DNA from: Calditrichia bacterium
GTDB taxonomy: Bacteria > Calditrichota > Calditrichia > JAJRVZ01
Assembly: GCA_963796965.1 (NCBI GenBank)
Contig: CAWCNS010000007.1
Coordinates: 910,598-974,597 of the forward strand
Reading direction: 5' to 3'
DNA length: 64,000 nucleotides
The translations under genes and the position numbers were made by a program. Numbering within the stretch: the stretch's first letter is position 1; every line of letters begins with the position of its first letter. This document shows, in pieces, positions 54,421 to 64,000 of this stretch. Under the pieces are notes generated by a model. It did no database searches, was not told where the DNA came from, and saw nothing but the letters and a program-made list of their open reading frames with translations.

Positions 54421-55563
54421 CTATTCAATTAATATCATCTTTTTAACTTGATTATACTCCTCGGTTTGGAGGGCATAAAAATAAATACCACTTGAAAGGA
54501 GACTAGCATCATATATTAATGTATAATAGCCAGCTGCTCTGACCTCATCAAGAATAGTATCAACTTTTTGACCTAAGACATTAAAAAGAACAATTCTAAC
54601 TCTAGATTTTTTTGGCAATCCAAATTGAATGCGAGTCACGGGATTGAACGGATTTGGATAATTCTGACTTAGTTCATATTGATTAGGAACTTTTGTGTTA
54701 AAATTGTCTGTACTAAAGGTGAGGGGCTCAGGATTCCACCCCGCCAACCTTGCCCATAACCACCAGGCCGCATACGCTTTCAAATTCGCATTAAGCGGCT
54801 GACTATGTGCTGATTCACAGGCATACCACTCACCTGGATGTTCATTTTGCCATTCAATCGCCCAGTTTCCATCAATTACATCATCACCTTCAATATCATA
54901 ATCACAATTATCGTCCGGATACAAATTCCCAAAATAAATACCATCTGGATTATAAGTTTCTATATCAGCGAAGTCATATAGAATTTTATGATTCGTTACA
55001 CAATAGTTCCTGATTTGTTCATTGCTTCTTCGTAATCCTCCCTCCAACCCACTCCCAGTGAGGTGTCCAGTCATATAGACGAAACTTACATCTGGATAAT
55101 CATTTTCTAATGTTGTCATTGCATATAAATAAATATTTACTTCGGAACTATTCATCGCGCCCAGTTGTCCACACCAGGCCCATATAATTACATTAATTTC
55201 AGGATTTGAATCTAAATAACTTCTAGTGGCTTCGGCCCAGGCAGTTAAGTTGGGTTTTCCAAGATCAAAATCAGGATATTCTGTAAATGGTTTATCTCTT
55301 AAATCAAGGGCACCACTTACACCTCCAGTATTAAAACTATACAAATCACTCTTAAAGGATATTAATCCTCCCATACCTGATATCAATTGAGTGCCATGCG
55401 AAGTATGTCCATAGGCTATGTGCAAAGAGTTTTTTGCATTTATTATTGCATTAGTTGGAATATAGTTTATTTTTGTGGATTCGTGATTGATTATGATTTG
55501 AGTAAATGAATTTGAGATCCAAAAAAGTAGTAGTAAAGTAATTGTTATAATATCCCTCATCAA
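54421..55563 (-). CDS. Secreted protein with T9SS type-A CTD
   Basis: Signal peptide; YGHTSHG.Q domain; LSQNYPNPFNP...KKMILIE. Confidence 0.8.
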   Translation of the reverse strand: MMRDIITITLLLLFWISNSFTQIIINHESTKINYIPTNAIINAKNSLHIAYGHTSHGTQLISGMGGLISFKSDLYSFNTGGVSGALDLRDKPFTEYPDFDLGKPNLTAWAEATRSYLDSNPEINVIIWAWCGQLGAMNSSEVNIYLYAMTTLENDYPDVSFVYMTGHLTGSGLEGGLRRSNEQIRNYCVTNHKILYDFADIETYNPDGIYFGNLYPDDNCDYDIEGDDVIDGNWAIEWQNEHPGEWYACESAHSQPLNANLKAYAAWWLWARLAGWNPEPLTFSTDNFNTKVPNQYELSQNYPNPFNPVTRIQFGLPKKSRVRIVLFNVLGQKVDTILDEVRAAGYYTLIYDASLLSSGIYFYALQTEEYNQVKKMILIE

Positions 55564-55716
55564 TCCTCCGACAGTAAGTTATAAGAAAAATAGCGCAAAG
55601 TATTAAACTTATAACATTAAATCCTAATTAGTTTAATAAAACGAAATATATCTTAATTTTACTATGTTCTTCAAATATTTAATCATTTAATGGTCAGCAA
55701 AATTTACTTTATAATT

Positions 55717-56385
55717 TTAGAAATGATAATTGATACCTACCATTAATCGCAGTTGAAAATCGGGATTATTTATTGCCCCATCAGCATCAGAATACGTATA
55801 ATCATTCCTGGCATTTATGTCTTCACCATCCGGATTATACCGGGTATCATGACCACTAAGTTCACTATCAAAATAGTAATCAAATCCAGCTGAAGCCACG
55901 AAATCAAAACTGTGGCTTATTTCGAAGTATGATTTGAGCCCAAATCCGATTCCCCACTGGTTTGATGTGATATCAAAATCTTCATTTCCGCCGATAAAAT
56001 TAAAATTAGCCGTAAACATGGCATAACGAGGACCACCATAAAGATAGGCCCTTGCATGGATAACCAGTTTACTTTATACTGAAAATCAAGTCTAAGATCC
56101 CACATCCATGCTGCTTTTTCCGGATCGCCATTTGTAGCATCATTGATAAATATCTTTCGCGCATCGGCCGCATTTCCAGGATCAAGCGCTGTATACGCAA
56201 GACCAAATTGCAAATTCAAGGGGAAACCCTTTCGCAAAATCTGAGGCAACCAGATTTACCTGAAATCCCGGCCCACCATTGTATCCAATTAGTATATCGG
56301 AAGAATAATTGGCCCCATTTATAATACCAAAATTTAGAAACATTAAAAGCGATAGTATACAAATAATTTTATTATTATTTATCAT
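55717..56385 (-). CDS. Outer-membrane beta-barrel protein (two frameshifts)
   Basis: Three overlapping ORF pieces; signal peptide; amphipathic strands; ends GINYHF. Confidence 0.6.
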
Positions 56386-56870
56386 GATCCTTTCTCCCCC
56401 ACATCTCCTTTAAAAAATTATTTCCTTTTATAACTGTATAATTATTTCACACCAGACCACCCAAATGGTGCAATAATATATCTTAATTTATAAATACCGC
56501 CTGATTTGGCAGTTTATTTCGTATAAATAACATTATTGTGTTAAGTATTACTCCATCTGCATATTGGATTTGCAAATTTCGTACCAAATCCCTGAACACT
56601 TGAGGTAATATCACCAAATCTGAATTCTATTAAATTCTGAAGTTTCAACTAATGAATAGGAATGGGATAAACTTATCGGAAGAAATAATTAGGGGTGTTT
56701 TTTATTCTTAATTCATAATTATTAATTCTACATTGCTGTTAAAAGCGGAGAGGGTGGGAAGATCAAGAAAAAAGACAAAAGGAACTAAGACAAAAATTAT
56801 CATCAGGGGAGATACGTCGTCCCTGATTTATATTCTTTTTTCCTTTTTTCTTTTTTCTTTTGTCTTAAAC

Positions 56871-56960
56871 TGGCGGAGGGGCAGGGATTCGAACCCTGGA
56901 AGGCCGTTAGACCTTACTCGCTTTCCAGGCGAGCCGATTCAACCACTCTCGCACCCCTCC
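56871..56960 (-). tRNA. tRNA-Ser(GGA)
   Basis: Reverse complement GGAGGGG...CTCGC-CT-GGA-AA-GCGAG...GGTTCGAATCC...CCCCTCCGCCA. Confidence 0.95.
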
Positions 56961-57026
56961 ATCCCTTTAGGGAAAGCGGAAGTTAAATAATTTTTTTTAA
57001 TATTCCAATATGTGATGAGGTATATT

Positions 57027-57485
57027 TTAATTTCTTTTTCGCATTTCTTCAAAAAACGTGGTCATCAGATAACTGGATTCGTTCCTGAGGATTCCAGGTA
57101 TAACTTCTATTCTATGATTAACACGCGGATCATCGAGAATGTTTAAAATACTGGAATGGGCACCGGTTTTCATTTCCGGTGCACCGTAAACAAGGCGTTT
57201 TAATCTTGCCAAAATCATGGCACCTGCACACATGGCACAGGGTTCAATTGTCACATACATTGTTGCTTCATTCAGCCATTTTCTTTCCAGGTGGTTAGTC
57301 GCTGCTGTAAGAGCGATCATTTCAGCATGAGCAGTCGGATCTTGCAACATCTCAACCTGATTATATCCCCGTCCAATAATCCTGTTTTCATGAACAACAA
57401 TTGCTCCAATTGGTACTTCTTCTACCCGCAAGGCGTGTTTTGCTTCTTTTAGGGCCTCACGCATCCATTTTTCATCCATATTCAA
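57027..57485 (-). CDS. tadA: tRNA adenosine(34) deaminase
   Basis: EVPIGA, DPTAHAEM, TIEPCAMCAGA. Confidence 0.93.
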   Translation of the reverse strand: MNMDEKWMREALKEAKHALRVEEVPIGAIVVHENRIIGRGYNQVEMLQDPTAHAEMIALTAATNHLERKWLNEATMYVTIEPCAMCAGAMILARLKRLVYGAPEMKTGAHSSILNILDDPRVNHRIEVIPGILRNESSYLMTTFFEEMRKRN

Positions 57486-57580
57486 TCATGGTATTTAATT
57501 ATCCTTTGCATACACCTCTATGAATTTGATTTCAAACAGAAATTTATAAATTCTTAATAATTAATTTCTAATTGATAAAT

Positions 57581-57617
57581 AAAAAAAGGCCGCCTAAGAA
57601 ATTTTCCCTGGCGGCCT
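57581..57617 (-). terminator. Intrinsic terminator
   Basis: AGGCCGCC...GGCGGCCT hairpin with an A7 run (U-tail on the minus strand) after 57650. Confidence 0.65.
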
Positions 57618-57649
57618 GAGTTATATAATAGTTAAATTTTATAGGTCTA

Positions 57650-58868
57650 TTAACGAATAATAACTAATTTCCCAGAGTCAATCTGATTATCACTATCGTC
57701 TTTTATATGATAAATATAAAGACCGGCATTAACATCTCGGCCTGAAGAATTTATAACTTTCCAGACATAACTCTGCCTTAAATCTGTAGTTGTAAAGACC
57801 AGATCACCAACAGATGTATAAATCAGCAATTTATAGGTGGCTGATGTGGTAGGTATATCAAAATATATACCACCATATTCTGGCGGATTATTTGCATTAT
57901 ATGGAATTGGAAAAACATTTATTTTTTCTCCAGTATCTACTTGAAAAGTTCGTACTGTAGAAGTATGCACCCCACCCTGAGCATCCTCGGAAACAATTTG
58001 ATACTGATATTCGGTCTCTGACAGCAATTGAGATATAACTTGCTCATGGCCTGAACTTAATTCTGTATCTTTTACCGTTTGTTCGCTAAGATCTCCGTTT
58101 AGACCATATATTATATGATCTTTTGTTGGCTCACTGGTTTCCCAAGTAATACTCATGATGCTGGCACCCAGACTTGTAGGTGTTACATTTGACACCAATT
58201 CACCTCCCGGTGGCGGAGGTGGAGGAGGCGGTGGGGTGGTGGTGGCGTTACAGTTCCGCCTGTTAATGAAATGGTAACCGATTTTACTATCAGCAAATCC
58301 TGCAGGATTTTCAACTGAGAAAGTAAAAGTTTCAGCAATCGTTGAATCGGCAGGTGTATCTGATCGTTGCAATATTTGTATTAGAATTTATCTGTATGGA
58401 AATTTGATTCCCTCCGCTTACCGTCCAGTCAAGTTCAGAATTGGGATAACCGGGATAGGATACAGCTTGTGATGTATTTAAATCATACTCAATAGTAGAA
58501 CTCATTTTGAATTGCAATGTGCCATTTATTGAGATTTTGGAATACTTTCATCAACAGTATCAGAAAGAGAACTTCTGCGATGTACGTAATCAACAGCCTG
58601 GACCCGATAAAAGTACTGGTTACCTGGCTGCAAACCATTATCCGTATAAATTACAGATTGTTCCGATGGACTTGCTGGTTCAGCCTGCATTCCAATAGAA
58701 TCGCTCAGAGTTGGTGCAGAGCCTATGTTTCGATATACAACATAGTAAGAGACACTGTCGGCAGAAGAATTTTTATCCCAAACTAACCGCCATTGCGTCG
58801 TTTGCCCACTCACTACCATTGGGATAAAAATAAGAAATAAGATGATGACATAAATTGATTTTAAACAT
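57650..58868 (-). CDS. Secreted fibronectin-III repeat protein with polyproline linker and CTD (frameshifted)
   Basis: Fn3 W...Y.VYR...Y.D..L.PG..Y.YRV; PPPPPPPP; second Fn3; VFPIPY...GLYIY...GKLVIIR. Confidence 0.65.
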
Positions 58869-58873
58869 TTTAT

Positions 58874-60104
58874 TTAACATCGATACTGGACTTCCTTTGA
58901 ATAAGAACTTTCTTTACCTTTGTAGACTGAATTTACCCTGAAATGATAGGTTCCTAAAGCCAGGGGTGTTTTAAACTGAAGTGAGTTATTATATAAAGGT
59001 GAATCATTCAATTTAACCCATTTTTGTGATGATGAATGCCTTGCATAGACATTATATTGAACACCCGAAACTCTATCCCAGGATATATTCAATTTTTGAT
59101 CAGAAATATTTACATTTAAGTTCACAGGGGGGACCAGACTAACTGGTTGCGAACTGTCATATGTAAGATTGGTTCTGACCCGGACTTTCGGACGATTAAA
59201 ATTAAAAGTAAAACCAAGACGATGGGATCCACCCAGATCAGTATAATTAGAAAATGCATAGAAAAAATTGTACTGTTGTTGAATATGAAATCCCACGCCA
59301 AAAGAAGGTGTAAATGCTTGTTGTTGGGAGAACCGATTTCCTATCCGCAATGAGAATTGTTTTTGGAACATATATTCAGCACCAAAATTTATATTATAAT
59401 CTGTATCAATCGATTTTACGACATCAAGGGAAAATATAGTGTTTGCAGAATATAATTTATATGCCAAGCCACCGCGATAAGTTAGAGGAATTTTTTGTGG
59501 AACCTGGTCATAGGTAACTTCACCACCGAGATTTTGGACGACTAGCCCGGCACTTAAACCAGAAATGGCTGTGCGCAGATAAAATCCCGCATCAAATCCA
59601 ACACCAGTCGCGGAATAATCTCCCAATTTATCCTGAAAATATTTAACTGCAACGCCCATACTAAATGCAACATTGAATTTATAACTAAATCCCAAATTAG
59701 CAACACTACTGGTGACATCAAAAGAACCTAAGGATCGTCCAAAATTATCTTTTCCCTCCAGACCTGGCATCCACATGTGCACAAGGCCCAAACCCATCGC
59801 AAATTTCTTTGAAAGATCATATCCAAATATAATATTATCCACACGAATATCTTCAAACCACTCTGAATGATTTAAACTAATAACACCAGATTTCAGATTA
59901 TTTAATCCCCCAGGATTATAATAAAGCGCATTTTCATCATCAACTAATGCAGCAAATGCTTCAGAAAGCCCTGCCACCCTGGGCTAGGTGCAAATCTGAG
60001 CAGAAGAATACTCGAGGTACCTGCAGTATTTGCTGTTTCCTGGGCCATCAAACCCTGAGAGAACAGTAGCATACAAACGGTAAAGATGCATAGATTAGAT
60101 TCAT
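58874..60104 (-). CDS. PorV/PorQ-family outer-membrane protein with C-terminal Fn3-like domain (frameshift near 59985)
   Basis: A.A.VDDENALYYNPGGL, H.EW, D.G, QNLG, P.TYR.G, LG.SHRLG. Confidence 0.78.
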
Positions 60105-60865
60105 TATAGGCTTAATTAGCCGGATTTATCTTTTAAAATCATAAGTTCTATATATTTTAGTATTCTACAATAATTATTTTGCTATTTTATTTTATTAAAC
60201 ATTTTATTCTTCATATATATTTCTAATTAGAAGTACAGTATTTTTATCACAATGTAAGAAATTCTTTTTTGATCGGATAGTGAAAATCCCTTCTCCATTT
60301 TGGATATTTGACAATAAAAAAGGCGGAATTATACGCACCCAAATATGTTGCCTATAATTCCGCCTTATATCTTTAAATTATTTTTAATTTCTTTCAACAT
60401 AGGAAATTGCTCTAGATGTTCTTTAAATATGTTATTATGGATTTATTAGATAATTAATAAAAATAAATCCTGAACACCAAGCATTCCTAAACTTAGTTCC
60501 CTATCCTCTATCCTCCCCAAGACTCAAATAAGCACGGGCATAATATATAATCGGAAAAGCTATAAATTGCAATATTATTTTTATATTTTTTGAATTTACT
60601 GTCACTCAAAACACTTTAATTATACTTACTCTAATGTCAGACTATCCATGTACTTACTTCAACTCATGTCAAATATTTGTTACCTTTAAGCTTTATAGAG
60701 AATTAATAATCCTTCATAGATCTTCTCAAATATTCCTAAATGCAATATATTATAATATCATTATTTTCATCCTCAAGTCAAATTAGAAACATTTCAATTT
60801 TATGTCATCCTTATTATCTCATATAAATATATTATTATCATAAAATATGTTGACATGATTAAAAT

Positions 60866-61825
60866 TTAAATTGGATTCATTCTCAAATATTCGGTTGCAG
60901 CAATTTTTCTTTTTATATCATGAATAACATTTTCAACCTGATCAGATTGCAAGTCCAGAGAGGACAGCAATATCTTCGGAACTAACATTTGATTCCCAAC
61001 CATACCAAATCGTATCAAGGATATCAAAAGGAAGGCGAAAGAAGAATTCTTCCTGGGTTTGTTCAGCACTATAGGTATCCGTTGTTGGTACCCTATTTTG
61101 AATATCTTCCGGGATACCCAGATATTTTGCCAATTGAAATACCTGTGTTTTGAATAAGATGTGCAATGGGTTTCACATCTGCGCCACCATCTCCCCACTT
61201 TACAAAAAACCCTTGCTCATGTTCATTTTTATTGCCTGTTCCGATAACGGCCCAATTTCGTGCTTCAGCATGATAATAGAGCATACACATGCGACTCCTT
61301 TGTTTAAAATTTGAAGCGGCGACGATCTGCAAATATTCCTTTAAGGGTAGGCGTTTGGTTTTTTCTTCACCTTCCGGTGTTATAATCAGTAACTGAAATA
61401 AATTTAGAGTATCTTTTTCCAGAATGTTTGTGGGTAATACTATTTTTGCCTTATACTCAGATGTAAATTCAGGGAAAACGTTTTTTATAGCTTCATCCCT
61501 TCTTTTATAGCAACCAAACCCATCTACAGCTGCTGTCATATCCTCAACAGTATATTTTACATCAAATTTGTTTGCCAATTCCGTTGCCAATTCCCTGACT
61601 ATCCGGATTAGAGTCCTGTTCCGGCATCATCACCCCAAAAACCTTCTGCGGACCAAATGCCTTGGCACAAAGGGCAAGAACAATCGACGAATCGATTCCT
61701 CCGCTAATTCCAATAACTGCACCACGTTTTTTTAATGTTTGAATGACGTCTTTTTTTAATTTCTCAACGATCTCGTTTGTAACTTTCTCAGGATCAATAT
61801 TGACCGAATCTCTGCTAAATGCCAT
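60866..61825 (-). CDS. nadE: NH3-dependent NAD+ synthetase (frameshifted)
   Basis: GISGGIDSS, SNFKQRSRM, GTGNKNE..QGFFVKWGDGG, PTTDTYS. Confidence 0.88.
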
Positions 61826-61956
61826 CAGAATCTCCCTTAATTTATAATATAATTAATATATTGTTACAGATAATACTTTATTATTATACTTTATGTATTG
61901 ATATATTTCAGTTATTTACATCACAATTGACATAAATAAAATAACCTTCAAATATA

Positions 61957-63050
61957 TTACATTAAACGTCCTGCGACCTTTGTTAATGATGCAGGTGAAA
62001 TAAGTAAATTGGTATAACTTGCATTGGCTAAAGGACAGGCACATTCACGGTTTTTTATACTTGCTCTAATATTTCCTGCCTCAGCAGTTGTTCCAAATTT
62101 TCATAAAATCATAATCATTTTCACGAAGATTCCCCATTGAATCTGCCCTGATACAACACGGCCAAACATCGCCATCCGGTGAGATCTGACAAGATGCAAT
62201 CCCTGCAAAACATGGAACCACTTGTTCATGACTGACGAGAAATTTCTTTACAAGCTCATAATATTCATAACGAAATGCCCGGGCAATTTTTGCCACGCCC
62301 GTTAGTTTATTCTGCTTCATTTCTGAGATAAGAAAATCAATCGCCTGAGAATATTTATCAAGATTTGGTGTAATTTTTTCCCCGATAGTACCTAATTCTA
62401 CCCTCTCCTCCGCAATTTCTGTGATATACGAATCCGGCTCCATTTTTATTAATTCTTTATATACATCCGGGAAACCGATCCACATTAAAATTTGATATCA
62501 CGGTATGAATACCCAGTGTAAAATTAGGATAGCGGCGTAATTCACATAAAGCCTTATAGGTTTTCATCGCATTATCCCAATTGCCTGGGAAACCCCTTAT
62601 TTTATCATGTGCTTCACCAATCTCATCCAAAGATAAATTTATAATTATCTCCGTCTCCGGAGAATTTTTTATAATCTGCTCAACCCGTTCCGGAACGACA
62701 TCCGAAAGACTGCCATTAGTTGGAATATTGATGATCCCCGGTTGGCAATGATCATAGGCCAACTTACATACATCGACAATATCTTTTCGTAAAAATGGCT
62801 CTCCCCCACTCATCGTAAACCAATAGGGTGCTTTCCCCAATGAAGCAAAAACTTTATCATACTCTTCAACTTTAAGATTTTTGACTTTTTTTTCATAGAC
62901 ATTACAGGTCATGCACCGGGAATTACATGAATAAAGCAGACTAATCGTAATATTTGCCGGTCTGGGCGCATGTTTCCCACCAAAGCGATAAAAGGCATGA
63001 AAAGAAGGTATTTTTGATAATAATTGTATTCTCTTTTTTGTTGATTGCAT
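61957..63050 (-). CDS. Radical SAM/SPASM protein (frameshifted)
   Basis: CNSRCMTC, SGGEPFLR, C.AG...I.PDGDVWPC, MGNL, C.CPLANA. Confidence 0.85.
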
Positions 63051-63348
63051 AAATTTGTATTCTCCAAACAGATAGTTTTAACGATATATTAATCATTAAA
63101 AATCCTGTCATATTAACGATGCCATATTCTTCGATGATAAGAAAAAATATCACTTAATCGATCGTACGCTTATATCAGGAATCTCGTTTGTAAGACAATC
63201 CACGAAGTTCTCGAAGTATTAATTCATGAAATAAATCTCAAATGTCAAAACCAAATAATTGAATACCATCATAATATATAAATTTTATATCTTCGTTCTC
63301 CGTGTCTGCTTCGTGCCAATTCGTGATACTAGTTACAGTCATATGAAC

Positions 63349-64000
63349 TATCGTAGCATATCATTTTTTTGACATCCTGAAAATTATCAGCCTCAATCCT
63401 ATAGTAATATAACCCGCTTGCTAAATTTTCGGCATGAACAGTCTATTCCGTGAGAACCAGGGGATAAATTATCATTTAAAAGTGATTGGACGATCTTTCC
63501 GTTATTATCATAGAGATTTATAGAGACCGCACCCTGTTTAACAAGATCGAACCTTATTGTTGTGACAGGATTAAACGGATTTGGATAGTTCTGGTGTAAT
63601 TTATATGAATTTACATATTTTCCGGTTCTTTGAATTTTTACAACATCATGTCTTGTTGCCTTACCATCATAATCAACATCCTCCAATTGATACCAGTAAT
63701 AGACATCTTCATCTATGTTGGGATCCTGGTAAGAATAGAATTGGCTTTCACTGGTATTTCCTGCTCCGCGGATGAGTTGATCGTTTATTTTTGTAAACTC
63801 CGTCTTCGGTCATCAGCATTAGCTTGATGATGATTTATAGATATTAAATCCAAGATTATTTAATTCAGAACTGGTTTCCCATTCGATCAGATTATAGTCA
63901 ATTTCAGTATAGACATTAAAGTTGAGAGAAATACAGGTAAAGAGGTATCAATAAGTCCGGATTTTGTAAATACTCAGCCAGATGGATATATTCAGAATTG
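63349..64000 (-). CDS. 3' end of a T9SS type-A CTD protein (partial, frameshifted)
   Basis: LPV.L..F; ELNNLGF.IYK; LEDVDYDG; LHQNYPNPFNP; FQDVKKM. Confidence 0.75.

Noticed and set aside
58205..58247. GGT/GGC/GGA-rich tract as a DNA repeat element
   Set aside because: It encodes a Thr/Pro linker within the Fn3 protein.

Overview
AT-rich bacterial chromosomal window, probably from an FCB-superphylum organism such as Calditrichota or KSB1 (inferred from several 'QNYPNPFNP' T9SS-type C-terminal domains and a PorV-like gene). About 20 genes are split by single-base frameshifts, which most likely reflects long-read consensus error. Left to right: a translationally coupled deacetylase / GNAT-like / efp trio; ansA; ppdK; an 11-kb receptor-less chemosensory-like cluster (three Hpt+HATPase 'class III' kinases, one degenerate, plus CheX, two CheY-like regulators and a PAS-HisKA protein); and an SOS mutagenesis locus (dinB, lexA, a catalytically dead UmuD-like ORF, two small ORFs, a second dinB, dnaE2) with three perfect GTGTAC-N4-GTACAC operators at sigma70-like promoters. 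Further right are a GxxExxY gene bracketed by ACCACAGAG-type inverted repeats, an ECF sigma/anti-sigma operon, and a complete IS110 element inserted into an arm of that same repeat family. The IS110 has a readable bridge RNA (all four guides), a CT core and a promoter formed at the circle junction. The remainder holds arsR-arsM, two tRNA-Ser genes, an integrase-less 5-kb islet at tRNA-Ser(CGA), T9SS cargo genes, tadA, nadE and a radical SAM gene. Intergenic DNA is unusually rich in heptamer and 9-mer palindromic repeats. Product calls come from motif recognition by eye; no database searches were run.
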